A stretch of 30,037 bases of DNA from an uncultured virus (IMG/VR IMGVR_UViG_3300021185_002316) (taxonomy: Duplodnaviria; Heunggongvirae; Uroviricota; Caudoviricetes). A model generated the notes under the pieces. The model saw nothing but the letters and a program-made list of their open reading frames with translations. It had not been told where the DNA came from and did not search any database. Both the position numbers and the translations under genes were made by a program. Shown piece by piece: positions 6,372-16,344 of this stretch (position 1 is its first letter; each line of letters starts with the position of its first letter). Location of the stretch: the IMG/VR virus record IMGVR_UViG_3300021185_002316; one strand, given 5' to 3'.

Positions 6372-6711
6372 AAAAAGAATCACCGTAAAGATAGATACCA
6401 CATACAAGTATATCAGATTGTGGAACGGTCTTTTTAATTTAACTCCCAAAGAATTACAAATATTAGCAGCGTTTATAGATGCTAACAGAGAGACTGAAGT
6501 TAAAGACAGTAATGTTTGTAATGTGGCTATTAAAAAAGTTGTTGCAAATAAATTAAGTATTAAAGACTACAACACTCTAAATAACTATGTAAAAAGATTT
6601 AAAAAGAAAGGAGTAATTATTAAAAAAGGAAATATCTACTCTTTTAATAAATTACTAAACCCTGACACGTCTAGTGTAGAAATTTTAATAAACTATGGAG
6701 ATAATAGGTGA
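6361..6711 (+). CDS. winged-helix DNA-binding protein (putative regulator)
   Basis: LTPKELQILAAF...VANKLSI..NTLNNYVKRFKKKGVI pattern; ATG 6361 preferred over the track's TTG 6337. Confidence 0.7.
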   Translation: MSNKKRITVKIDTTYKYIRLWNGLFNLTPKELQILAAFIDANRETEVKDSNVCNVAIKKVVANKLSIKDYNTLNNYVKRFKKKGVIIKKGNIYSFNKLLNPDTSSVEILINYGDNR

Positions 6712-6820
6712 TGATATTTATATTTACACAACTTTTGAGCACCGTCACTATAGTTTAATTGTAGTGCAAAATTCGATGGGAGAAGTTTTAGAATTACAAA
6801 TTGAACAATACTATGAATAA
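6695..6820 (+). CDS. hypothetical protein, 41 aa (not in ORF track)
   Basis: MEIIGDDIYIYTTFEHRHYSLIVVQNSMGEVLELQIEQYYE* fills the gap and overlaps both neighbours. Confidence 0.55.
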   Translation: MEIIGDDIYIYTTFEHRHYSLIVVQNSMGEVLELQIEQYYE

Positions 6821-7229
6821 AAAGAAAAAGAAAATCACTAAGCAGGAACTAAATTTAAAGAAAGGAGCTCCTGTTAATAAAGCGTTAGAACCAAAAATTT
6901 TAACAAACCAACAACCTAAAGCACCAGTTAAGCCTGCGAAGCCGCCAAATGTATTTAAGATGATGAAATCTTTTAGTAAAGATCTCTCTAAGTATGTTTT
7001 AGCTGGAGCACCTAACTGTACAACTGAGGATTACAAAGATAGATTGCTTACTTGTGATGCATGTCCTCATTTGTTAAGGCATATGATGAGGTGTGGTAAA
7101 TGTGGATGTCTAGTTGAGCATAAAGCTAAATGGAAAACCACAACCTGCCCAGAAGGAAAATGGAAAGCGCAAGATCTTTCTAATTTGCCGCAACCTAAGA
7201 AGACTGATAATGAGTCAGATAAAAAATGA
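6813..7229 (+). CDS. Cys-rich metal-binding protein (DUF6171-like C-terminal domain)
   Basis: RLLTCDACP...RCGKCGC...KAK...TCPEGKW; ATG 6813 preferred. Confidence 0.7.
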   Translation: MNKKKKKITKQELNLKKGAPVNKALEPKILTNQQPKAPVKPAKPPNVFKMMKSFSKDLSKYVLAGAPNCTTEDYKDRLLTCDACPHLLRHMMRCGKCGCLVEHKAKWKTTTCPEGKWKAQDLSNLPQPKKTDNESDKK

Positions 7230-7431
7230 GATAATATATAAGTTAGCTACAAAGTATAATTTACCTATTAGTAAAGTTGAAGAGATAGTAAACTCTCAGT
7301 TTAAATTTGTAAAGAATGTAATGACTGAAGGATCTTTTGAAGCTGTAAGGTTACCATACTTTGGTAAGTTTTCAGCTAAGAAAGAAAGAATTAAACATAT
7401 AAATAAGCTAAGTAATGAAGCTAAAAGATGA
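7210..7431 (+). CDS. HU/IHF-like DNA-binding protein
   Basis: EIIYKLATKYNLP..KVEEIVNSQF..V...VRLPYFGKF. IHF-like genes are conserved in crAss-like structural modules. ATG 7210 preferred. Confidence 0.8.
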   Translation: MSQIKNEIIYKLATKYNLPISKVEEIVNSQFKFVKNVMTEGSFEAVRLPYFGKFSAKKERIKHINKLSNEAKR

Positions 7432-7936
7432 TTTATTATATATAAAAGCTAATAAAGCTGTTCCTAGTCCATATGCTTTACAAATAAAAGAATTCCAAAA
7501 GTTAAACGCAGACGATTTAACTTTTGTCTACTTTATGGTGGATCATAGATCTCCATTTTCAGTTTATGAATGGAAACAGAGGGAAATTGAAGTAAAAAAT
7601 AGTATATTTGGGGAAGACGCTAAGTGGAAACCTTCAAATAGAGTATTAGCTGCTTGCAAAAAATACGCAGAACTAATAGAAACGTCTGCGGTTAAATTAT
7701 TAAAAGCAGCTACTGAGTCTGTAACTAAACTAGAGAAGTATTTTAGAACAATAGACTTAACAGAGCTAGACGATAGAGGTAAACCAATCTATACCGCAAA
7801 AGATCTAATAGGTAATTTAGAAAAGATGGGGAAAGTTGTAGATGGGTTGTCACGACTAGAAGAGATAGTTAAAAAAGAAGAGCAGACAAATAATCCAAAC
7901 AGAGGAGGCGTAGAAGTAAATAAATACAGTATGTAA
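7415..7936 (+). CDS. conserved crAss-like protein, probable terminase small subunit
   Basis: 173 aa, helical, ending in NRGG motif, shortly upstream of the large terminase. The function is positional inference. Confidence 0.55.
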   Translation: MKLKDDLLYIKANKAVPSPYALQIKEFQKLNADDLTFVYFMVDHRSPFSVYEWKQREIEVKNSIFGEDAKWKPSNRVLAACKKYAELIETSAVKLLKAATESVTKLEKYFRTIDLTELDDRGKPIYTAKDLIGNLEKMGKVVDGLSRLEEIVKKEEQTNNPNRGGVEVNKYSM

Positions 7937-7937
7937 T

Positions 7938-8207
7938 ATGGATTTTTTAGAAGAAATAGACGAGTTTAATACAGCAATGGATAATGCTTATGATTTTATA
8001 ACAGGTAAAGTAACTTTAGATACTTTAGTAACTGATTTAAGTATTGGTGGTGTGCAAACGTACGTATTACCATTTGATCCTGAAAAAGAAACAGGGACAG
8101 ACCCTGAAACATTGGATTTAGTTATAGAGCATTTTGAAAGCACTGAAGAGTACGAAAAATGCCAAGTACTACTTAGAATAAAACAGGAAACTCATGGCAA
8201 AATATAA
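7938..8207 (+). CDS. hypothetical acidic protein with UVR-like EEYEKC motif
   Basis: IEHFESTEEYEKCQVL. Confidence 0.75.
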   Translation: MDFLEEIDEFNTAMDNAYDFITGKVTLDTLVTDLSIGGVQTYVLPFDPEKETGTDPETLDLVIEHFESTEEYEKCQVLLRIKQETHGKI

Positions 8208-8388
8208 ATGTGCTACATGTAGTAAAGAAATAGACCTTTCCACGCAAACAATAGTTGTTGAAGACGGTAATGTAGTTTGCAAAGAAGCTATTTGCTGTGA
8301 TGCATACATGGATTCTGTAAAAGAAAAGTTCACAGGGTTTGGTGGAATAATTAAAAAAGCAAATGGATCAGTAGGTGGCAAATTCTAA
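8194..8388 (+). CDS. small zinc-ribbon protein
   Basis: MAKYKCATC...ICCDAYM. Confidence 0.7.
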   Translation: MAKYKCATCSKEIDLSTQTIVVEDGNVVCKEAICCDAYMDSVKEKFTGFGGIIKKANGSVGGKF

Positions 8389-10366
8389 GTTTAAAAATAT
8401 TAATCGGATCCGTCCTGCGGCAGTTCACTTCGAAACTTACTCGCATTATACTAACGCCTTACCAGGGACTAGAGAATACTACGCCTACTGGGATGAAGAG
8501 CGTCATAGATGCTTGTATGGGTATACTGCTGATGAGGGCACCGAAGATGCCCTGTATGTAACAGGGTTCCACTACTTTTACTTAAACTACTGCCCAATTG
8601 ATAGAGCAGTAGATGAAGTTATGCCTGATGGGTCTATACAATCTAAACGTGAAAGAACATTTCCTTCATTTTACGACGGAGATCACGATTACTTTACACA
8701 GATAGACGAAGCAAGATCTACAAACCGTCATATGGTTGTACTTAAAGCTCGTCGTAAAGGTTACTCATATAAAGCAGGCTCAATGCTTGCTAGAAATTAC
8801 TTCTTTGTTAAAAACTCAAAGAACTTTGTATTCGCAGGTCAAAAAGAATACCTTATTGGTGACGGACTCTTATCTAAAGCGTGGGAATTCTTATCGTTTA
8901 TCGATGACAACACTGCATGGGCTCAACCTCGCTTAAGAGATAGAGAAATGAGTAAGATGTCCGGGTATAAGAAAAAAGTAAATGGTATTGAGATTGAATT
9001 AGGAATGAAATCCCAAATAATGGGAGTATCGTTAAAAGACAATCCAGATAAAGTGAGGGGAAAGGCGGGAGAACTTGTATTCTTTGAAGAAGCAGGATCT
9101 TTCCCTGGACTCCTTAAAGCTTGGGAGGTAACTATGCCTACAATGCGTCAAGGTGCTAAAACACTAGGACTTATGATTGCATTTGGTACAGGTGGTACAG
9201 AAGGTGCAGACTTTGAGGCTATGGAAGAGATATTTTACAATCCAGCTGCATATGACTGCATGGATTATACGAATATTTGGGATGAAGGCTCTATGGGGAC
9301 TAAGTGTGGATACTTTGTACCTATATATAAAAACTTAGATGGGTTTATAGATAACGATGGTAACTCTCTTAAAAATAAAGCTGTTGAGCACGAGACAGAG
9401 ATGCGTAATAAAAAGAAAGGAGCAGCTGATGCTAAATCATTAGATCAGTATATAGCAGAACATCCTTTTTCTCCGCAAGAAGCGACTCTACAAGTTACTG
9501 CAAACTTATTTGATGTAGCTTCACTGCAAGAGCAATACAATTACGTGAAGTCTAAAAATTTAAGCTCGCTTGGAACTATAGGCTCCTTTTATCATACAGC
9601 TGAAGGTCAAGTAAAGTTTCGAATGGATGGAAACTTAAGGCAAATTATGAGATACCCGCATAGACGGGAAGATGATAACACTGGAGGTGTTGTTATTTAT
9701 GAATCCCCATATAAAAACGAAAAACAACAAGTACCTATGAACTTGTATGTTATTTGTCATGATCCATACGGGCAAAATCAATCTGCAGATAGTACATCAC
9801 TAGGTGCGGCGTATGTTATTAAGCGCCCAAACAATGTTTCTAGCCCAGATGATATTATTGTTGCTAGCTATATAGGAAGACCTAATACATCAGACGAATA
9901 TAATAGAAACTTGTTTATGCTAGCTGAGTATTACGGATGCAAAATAGGTTTTGAAAATGATCGTGGAGAGATAATTGCATATGCTAAGCGATACCGCAAG
10001 CTCCACAAATTGCAAGTAGAGTTTGAGATGTTAGATAAGAAAAGCTTGCAATCTAAAACAGTTAGACGTCAGTATGGTATGCACATGACTGAGCAAAGAA
10101 AAAAACAAGGGGAAATCTACATACGAGACTGGTTAATTACCCCAAGGTCTAAAGACGTGGACGGGAACACAACTTTAAACTTAAATAAGATATACGATCT
10201 TGCTTTGCTGCAAGAATTAATAAAATTTAACCACAAAGGGAATTTTGACCGGGTTATGGCTTTAATGATTGGTATGTACCATACCAGAGAACTTTATAAT
10301 ACTGAAGTTAAAGAGGTATTAGAGGATAGATCGCATGATTCTTGGTTTGACGCTAACTATCATTAG
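8375..10366 (+). CDS. terL: terminase large subunit
   Basis: Walker A LKARRKGYS, Walker B VFFEEAG, coupling motif GTGG, and RNase H-like nuclease motifs ICHDPY, FEND and NFDRVMA; typical crAss-like sequence. Confidence 0.96.
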   Translation: MANSKFKNINRIRPAAVHFETYSHYTNALPGTREYYAYWDEERHRCLYGYTADEGTEDALYVTGFHYFYLNYCPIDRAVDEVMPDGSIQSKRERTFPSFYDGDHDYFTQIDEARSTNRHMVVLKARRKGYSYKAGSMLARNYFFVKNSKNFVFAGQKEYLIGDGLLSKAWEFLSFIDDNTAWAQPRLRDREMSKMSGYKKKVNGIEIELGMKSQIMGVSLKDNPDKVRGKAGELVFFEEAGSFPGLLKAWEVTMPTMRQGAKTLGLMIAFGTGGTEGADFEAMEEIFYNPAAYDCMDYTNIWDEGSMGTKCGYFVPIYKNLDGFIDNDGNSLKNKAVEHETEMRNKKKGAADAKSLDQYIAEHPFSPQEATLQVTANLFDVASLQEQYNYVKSKNLSSLGTIGSFYHTAEGQVKFRMDGNLRQIMRYPHRREDDNTGGVVIYESPYKNEKQQVPMNLYVICHDPYGQNQSADSTSLGAAYVIKRPNNVSSPDDIIVASYIGRPNTSDEYNRNLFMLAEYYGCKIGFENDRGEIIAYAKRYRKLHKLQVEFEMLDKKSLQSKTVRRQYGMHMTEQRKKQGEIYIRDWLITPRSKDVDGNTTLNLNKIYDLALLQELIKFNHKGNFDRVMALMIGMYHTRELYNTEVKEVLEDRSHDSWFDANYH

Positions 10367-10428
10367 TGGCATATTTATAATTATAAAGAAAATTTTTATA
10401 TTGTTTTTAAAGTCCCGCTAAATTTTTG

Positions 10429-10436
10429 TAAATTTG
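10429..10436 (+). promoter_or_regulatory. -7 element upstream of portal
   Basis: TAAATTTG in the intergenic gap, only 7 nt before the ATG (near-leaderless if real). Confidence 0.5.
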
Positions 10437-10443
10437 TTCAATT

Positions 10444-12750
10444 ATGAGCTACGATAATCTACCAAGACAAAAACTTCCTCTATCGAAGAAGACAAAAAAA
10501 TGGAGAGAAGAGTGTGTAGATGGGTATATTGATTTATCTTCTAACACAGCTTCCCTTTCTTCACGAAGAGATGAATTAACTAAATTCTATGATTTCTATA
10601 ACGGAGTTATTGATGACGGCGATTACAATCAATTACTTAAACCTTACGGTAAAACTCGTAAGAACTTTCCTTCACAGCTAAGAAATTTCCCTATAATTAA
10701 ACCAGTAATAGATTTATTACTAGGGGAAAAGGCTAAACGCCCTTTAAATTTTACAGTTAGCGTTCTTAATGGTAACGCAGTTACTAGAAAAGAAGAAGCA
10801 AAGAACGAAGCGATCTATAGAAACCTTCAACAGCATTTTGCTAATAAAGCAGCTGAAGCAGGTATAGATACAGGTATGGATGCTACAGAGGTAGAGATGC
10901 CTGAGCAGATAGAAAAGCTATTTAATAATTCTTACGTAGATAACCGCGCAATTATGGGGCAAGCGTCCTTAAATTACGTAATGGCTACTCAAGAAGTAAA
11001 AGATAAATTAAATAAAGCTTGGTTTCACTACTTAGTTTCAGGAGAAGTATACACGCACAGAGGTGTACGTAACGGAGACCCTTTCTATGATATTTTAAAT
11101 CCAGTAGATGTAGACTATGATTTAGATCCAGATTTAGAGTTTGTCGAAGATGGAGATTGGGCTTTAGTTAGAAAGTTTGTTCATGCTTCTACAATCATTG
11201 ATCATTTTTACGAAGAGTTAACTCCAGAAGAAGTTGAGAGCTTAGAAGAGCCTCACGGAATGGGTAACTCACATATACCTTGGCTATCTGTAGGTTCTAC
11301 AGGTCCAAATGCAAATCAATTTAACAATAGGTTAATTGAGGTAATCTCTGTTTACTGGAAATCTCGAAAACGTATTGGATTTGTAACATTTATGGATCCT
11401 GATACAGGACAACCAGAAGAAATAGAAGTAGAGGACGGATTTAAGATGCCTCCAGAACTTAAAGAGCAAGGCGGTAAGCTAGAATGGTTATGGGTTAACG
11501 AAGTTTGGGGTGGTCATAAAATTGACGGTAGAATCTATGTAGATATAAATCCTTTACCAAATCAAAGAGCATCCTTAGATAATCCAGCAATTTGTAAGCT
11601 CCCAATTAATGGTAGACGCTATTCAAATATTAATGCTGAAAATATATCACTAGTTTCTATTGGTATTCCTTATCAATTAACATATAACGTGTACAAATAC
11701 CGTCTCGAGCTCGCTATCGCTCGCTCAAAGGACATTATTGCTCAGTTTGATATTAATATGATCCCAAAGAAATGGGATATGGATAAGTTTATGTACTATG
11801 TAGAAGGTACAGGTATTGCGTGGGTAGATTACAATAAAGAAGGTGTAACATTATCTCCACAGCATCAATCTGTCTTAGATATGTCGATTAAGACTATTGA
11901 GCAGTACATAGTACTTTTAAATTCGATCATGGAAGAGTGGGAGAAGCTCTCTGGTGTCAATAAACAGCGTCAAGGACAGATAGGTACCTACGAAGGAAAA
12001 TCTACCTCTCAGCAAGCTATAATTCAGTCTTCACATATAACTGAAGATTTATTTAGAAAGTTTGGAAGATTAGAGCAAAGAGATTTACAAGGTTTGCTAG
12101 ATTATTCTAAAGAAGCTTGGATCGATGGTAAGAAATCATCGTTTATGATGCCAGATGGGACATTAGAGTTTTTAGATGTTAAATCTATGGAGCACATGGA
12201 ATCTAATTATGGTATCTGGGTTACTGATTCTGGAGAAGAAACAGAAAAACTAGAAATAGCTAAACAAATGAGTCAATCTATGATTCAAAATGGCTTACCA
12301 GCATCCGCAGTTGTTGAAATGCTAGATTCTAAAAACTTTGCGTCTATTAAGTCTAATCTTAAAAAGGCAGAGCAACGCATGGAAGAATTGGCTGAAAAAC
12401 AACAACAAGCAGAGCAGCAGCAACAACAAGCTGAACTAGAAATGGAGCAAGCTAAGTTGGATAACGAAAACATGAACAAAGAAAAAGATCGTGAAACTCA
12501 AATTGCTGTAGCAGAAATACACGCCGGGCTTACTTCTGGCAAAAACGAAAATGACGCTATTGCTAAAGATCGCGAACTAGATATAAAAGAAAAAGAAGTT
12601 GGAATAAAAGAGCAAGACGTTAATGAAAAAGCTAGAGCGAGCCAATCAAAAGAGTCAAATGATCGCGCTAAAATTGCGGAAGATTCTAAGAACGAAGATA
12701 AAAAGTTGGCAGCGGCAAAAGCAAAAGAGGCTAAAAAAACTAAAGAATAA
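10444..12750 (+). CDS. portal protein
   Basis: 768 aa after terL; crAss-type N-terminus (PRQKLP..KKTKKW, NFPIIKPVIDLLLGE), LSGVNKQRQGQI, and Q/E-rich coiled-coil C-terminus. Confidence 0.93.
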   Translation: MSYDNLPRQKLPLSKKTKKWREECVDGYIDLSSNTASLSSRRDELTKFYDFYNGVIDDGDYNQLLKPYGKTRKNFPSQLRNFPIIKPVIDLLLGEKAKRPLNFTVSVLNGNAVTRKEEAKNEAIYRNLQQHFANKAAEAGIDTGMDATEVEMPEQIEKLFNNSYVDNRAIMGQASLNYVMATQEVKDKLNKAWFHYLVSGEVYTHRGVRNGDPFYDILNPVDVDYDLDPDLEFVEDGDWALVRKFVHASTIIDHFYEELTPEEVESLEEPHGMGNSHIPWLSVGSTGPNANQFNNRLIEVISVYWKSRKRIGFVTFMDPDTGQPEEIEVEDGFKMPPELKEQGGKLEWLWVNEVWGGHKIDGRIYVDINPLPNQRASLDNPAICKLPINGRRYSNINAENISLVSIGIPYQLTYNVYKYRLELAIARSKDIIAQFDINMIPKKWDMDKFMYYVEGTGIAWVDYNKEGVTLSPQHQSVLDMSIKTIEQYIVLLNSIMEEWEKLSGVNKQRQGQIGTYEGKSTSQQAIIQSSHITEDLFRKFGRLEQRDLQGLLDYSKEAWIDGKKSSFMMPDGTLEFLDVKSMEHMESNYGIWVTDSGEETEKLEIAKQMSQSMIQNGLPASAVVEMLDSKNFASIKSNLKKAEQRMEELAEKQQQAEQQQQQAELEMEQAKLDNENMNKEKDRETQIAVAEIHAGLTSGKNENDAIAKDRELDIKEKEVGIKEQDVNEKARASQSKESNDRAKIAEDSKNEDKKLAAAKAKEAKKTKE

Positions 12751-12761
12751 AAATAGTTTAC

Positions 12762-15104
12762 GTGACTGAACAGGATCCGATAGAATTAATCAGACAAGCG
12801 ATTGCAGGAGAGTTACAAACTACTGTTACTGAAGCGTTGCAACAAACAGAACAAGTAGAACAGGGGGAGCCTTCTGCTCAATCTGAAGCGCCGCAAGCTC
12901 CTCAGCCTGGGCCAGTTATGCCTACTCGTTCTCCGTCAATGCCTGCAATGCCTGCTCAAAAATCTTCACTTGTAAATTCTTTTGAGTCTACTCCTACAGG
13001 ATTAAATCCTACGGGGGGTAGATCTGATGGCCCTTTGTCTACGTATAAACATGGAGGTGAGCACAAAAAAACGAAAGAAAAAGTTGAAAGAAATCATTCA
13101 ATTCATCTTAATCTTGTTCAAAGAGAAGATAAGTATATTAAAGATAAATTAGATGCTGGAGAATGGGATCCTATAGGATCAACAGCTAAAGGAATAGTAA
13201 ATGCAGCAAAAGCTACAGGTACTTTAGATAATATGAAAAACTGGCTAATAAATAAAGTATCGCCAGGGCCGTACCCCACAGGACCTCAAGCTATTTCTCA
13301 TGTATATAAATCTATTAAAGATCCTCAAGGCTTACAATATGTAGATAGACCTGCGAATAGATCTGTAGATCCTAATGCTTTTCAAATGCCGTTAAATCCT
13401 AACGATCCTTTGTATAATCAAAAAGCTAATCCAGAGTTATACAACTTACCAGATAATCAAAACCCAGATAAAGTTTTAAGATCTGACTACAGGATGTATA
13501 ATCAATTCTTAGGTACTGGTTATGATAATGATTTACCTGAATCTAAATTTAAACCGTCTAAGTCCGACGACCCTAACGCTAAATACTATTCAGCCGCACA
13601 GTACTACGGGGATCCGCAAACTTTGTTAGATCGAATGGTAAGATCTAGAGGACAAAACGATCCTGAAGGATCTTCTTATTTACCATGGGAAGAATCTGAG
13701 CTAGATAATTTAAAATCTAAAAAAGGTACATGGAGTAGAGGTATGGGGGTAAATTCTTTACCATTTAGTGATGACCCTGGAACCACAGATACTTTCCATC
13801 CAATGGAAAATTGGACAATGGGTGCTGGAGAAGATGAGCACGGGAAATATATGAGTATTTATGATAAATATGATTTTAAGTCCGAAAAATTAAATTCTCT
13901 TGGAGAACCTTTTGAGATATACGATCGTATTCATTATACAACAGATAAAGACGGTAACCGTAAATACAAAGAGGTAAAACGTAATGGAGGGTTAAAATAT
14001 GAAGATGGCGGATTAAAATATGATGAAGGAGGTCCTAAGAAAAAACTAAAAAAAGGTACTAACGTTAAGCAGCTTCAAAACTTTTTAATTAAAAAGGGGT
14101 ATGACTTAGGAGCGGGAGAAGGTAAAGCTATTACAAAAGGGGTAGGAAGCTTTGGACCTAAAACTAGAGCTGCTTTAGCTGCTTATAATAAAACACAAAG
14201 CTTTAACACGGTAAAAGCGGTAGTGCCATTTCCTACGGATATAATTCCAACTAATGTTAAAGAATTCGTTAAAAGTACAGTACTTCCCGGCTGGGCGTAT
14301 AATATGCTTGGTGATTTAGATGAAGAAAATTTAACTACAAGGCAAAGGTCTAAATTAACACAAACAGTAGACGAAGCTTTAAAAGAAAATAAATCTCAAT
14401 TAGGTTATAAAGATAACCGAAATATGAAAGCATATGATGAGTTTGGATATTCTGATATGGGAAACACATCTAAGTTTTTTGATGTTGTAAAAAAATCACT
14501 TACAAGTCCTGCGTATAATTTAAAAACTACAATTGGGCGTGCAAATATTATAGAAACTCCGGAGTATTATGATGACGAAGGTAATGTAATACCATCACAA
14601 AGATTTGTTAGTGACGAATATGATTTTAACGATAGCAAAGAAGCTGCAGATAGAACATTTACAGAAAAATGGACAGATATTCTTGGGGCTGGCAGTTTTC
14701 AAGCAGGAATGAGAGCTATTGGTAGGAATTATGGTAATACTCAACCTAAAAATACTATGATTAGAGTCCAAGAAGAAGGTGGGCTTAGGAAGAAAAAGAA
14801 AAAGGCTAGGCAGCTTAGAGAAGATAAAGGTGTTAGAGAGAATAGCGATGGAACGCATTCTACGCATTTAATGGTTAGTGACATAATAGGTAATCCTACC
14901 GACGAGTATAAGGTGTGGCCTTCTATTTATGCAGATGCTAAAAATCAGTATTCCGACCAAACTTATGAGCAGGCAAGAGATAGAAATGAGGTATTTACAT
15001 TTAAAAATAAACGTCGCGCAGGTAAGTTTGCGGCCGGAAGTTGGAAGAAAGGTAAAGACAAACGGGAAGCTATGCGAGAGTGGCGTAAAAGTAGAAAGAA
15101 GTAA
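12762..15104 (+). CDS. modular 780-aa protein with GG-terminated linkers and a peptidoglycan-binding domain (probable virion cargo)
   Basis: YKHGG, KRNGG-LKYEDGG-LKYDEGG and QEEGG motifs; PG_binding_1-like LKKG..VKQLQNFLIKKGY...GSFGPKTRAALAAY. Confidence 0.75.
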   Translation: MTEQDPIELIRQAIAGELQTTVTEALQQTEQVEQGEPSAQSEAPQAPQPGPVMPTRSPSMPAMPAQKSSLVNSFESTPTGLNPTGGRSDGPLSTYKHGGEHKKTKEKVERNHSIHLNLVQREDKYIKDKLDAGEWDPIGSTAKGIVNAAKATGTLDNMKNWLINKVSPGPYPTGPQAISHVYKSIKDPQGLQYVDRPANRSVDPNAFQMPLNPNDPLYNQKANPELYNLPDNQNPDKVLRSDYRMYNQFLGTGYDNDLPESKFKPSKSDDPNAKYYSAAQYYGDPQTLLDRMVRSRGQNDPEGSSYLPWEESELDNLKSKKGTWSRGMGVNSLPFSDDPGTTDTFHPMENWTMGAGEDEHGKYMSIYDKYDFKSEKLNSLGEPFEIYDRIHYTTDKDGNRKYKEVKRNGGLKYEDGGLKYDEGGPKKKLKKGTNVKQLQNFLIKKGYDLGAGEGKAITKGVGSFGPKTRAALAAYNKTQSFNTVKAVVPFPTDIIPTNVKEFVKSTVLPGWAYNMLGDLDEENLTTRQRSKLTQTVDEALKENKSQLGYKDNRNMKAYDEFGYSDMGNTSKFFDVVKKSLTSPAYNLKTTIGRANIIETPEYYDDEGNVIPSQRFVSDEYDFNDSKEAADRTFTEKWTDILGAGSFQAGMRAIGRNYGNTQPKNTMIRVQEEGGLRKKKKKARQLREDKGVRENSDGTHSTHLMVSDIIGNPTDEYKVWPSIYADAKNQYSDQTYEQARDRNEVFTFKNKRRAGKFAAGSWKKGKDKREAMREWRKSRKK

Positions 15105-15168
15105 AGTGTTATATAATAATAACACTTAAGAAAACTAACTAATATGTAAAAGTATTAATTATATTATT

Positions 15169-15176
15169 TATTTTTG
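15169..15176 (+). promoter_or_regulatory. -7 element upstream of scaffold gene
   Basis: TATTTTTG, 21 nt before ATG 15198. It is preceded by a 9-bp hairpin, AAGTGTTAT/ATAACACTT (15104-15127). Confidence 0.6.
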
Positions 15177-15197
15177 TTAACATAAAAACCAACCAAT

Positions 15198-16304
15198 ATG
15201 AATGAAGAACACGATGAAATCGCGTTAGACGACATCACTATAGACGATGTAGTTGTAGGGGATACCCTAGACGAGATAACAGATGGCTTAGATTTGCCAG
15301 ACGCAGACGAAGCTTTGGAGGAAGAACCAGAGCAAGAAGAAGATAATATGCTTGAAGATCTTGAGCCTGATTCTGAAGAAGAAGGTGAAGAAGATGAAGA
15401 AGAGTACCAAGAAGATGAAGATGAAGGTGAAGACGAAGAATATGAAGATGACGAAAGTGGAGAGCCTACTGTAGTTTCTGAAGTTCTAGAAAAACTTGGA
15501 TATGAGCTTGAAGATGAGTATGAAGATACTCCAGAAGGCTTAACTAAGATGACAAAAGCAGTAGCGTCTAGAATGGCTGATGACCAGCTAGATGAAGTGC
15601 TACAAAATTTTCCTCTTGTAAAGCAGCATTTAGAATACGTGTTGCAAGGAGGAGAGTCACAAAAATTTATGTCAGCGCATGATCCAAGAGCGGACTACGC
15701 TACATTTGAATTAAATGAAAATGACTCTGCATCGCAAAAAGCAATTTTAGCTAATTATTTTGAGTTAAAAGGGCATGATAAAGAGTTTACAAACGAGTTA
15801 TTAGAAGATTATGAGGATTCTGGTAAATTGTTTAAAAAGGCTGCTGCAGCTAAAGAGGCTTTAGGAAAGTATCAAGCGACAGAGCGTGAAAGAATGTTTG
15901 AAGTACAAAAAGAAGAACAACAAAAAGTTTTTCAAGAACAAAAGCAATTTTGGGATGGCATTTCAGACACTATAAATGAAGCACAAGAATTTGCAGGGGT
16001 AGCAATTCCTGAAAAAGAGAAAAGTAAGTTTTTTAGCTATATTTCTCAACCTGTAAATAACGAAGGGCTTACACAGAGAGATCTGGATCATAAAGATGCA
16101 GAGATGGACGTTAAATTAGCTATTGACTATTTGATGTACAAAGGGTTTAACTTAGACGAGATGATAAATCGTAAAGCGACAACTAAAAGTGCTCAAACCT
16201 TAAGAAGTAAAATCTCTTCAAGACAGGATACGGTTAAGAATGCTAAAAGAGCAAAAAGACGTTCTAAATCTATAAACGTAGATGATTTAGATCTTTCATT
16301 TTAA
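15198..16304 (+). CDS. capsid scaffold-like protein
   Basis: Highly acidic N-terminus, helical body, directly upstream of the major capsid gene as in crAss-like phages. Confidence 0.8.
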   Translation: MNEEHDEIALDDITIDDVVVGDTLDEITDGLDLPDADEALEEEPEQEEDNMLEDLEPDSEEEGEEDEEEYQEDEDEGEDEEYEDDESGEPTVVSEVLEKLGYELEDEYEDTPEGLTKMTKAVASRMADDQLDEVLQNFPLVKQHLEYVLQGGESQKFMSAHDPRADYATFELNENDSASQKAILANYFELKGHDKEFTNELLEDYEDSGKLFKKAAAAKEALGKYQATERERMFEVQKEEQQKVFQEQKQFWDGISDTINEAQEFAGVAIPEKEKSKFFSYISQPVNNEGLTQRDLDHKDAEMDVKLAIDYLMYKGFNLDEMINRKATTKSAQTLRSKISSRQDTVKNAKRAKRRSKSINVDDLDLSF

Positions 16305-16344
16305 AAACGGCAATATTTAAACTTTGCATATAAATTAATTGAAA

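Noticed and set aside
15310..15460. GAAGAT/GAAGAA low-complexity repeat
   Set aside because: It simply encodes the acidic tract of the scaffold protein.
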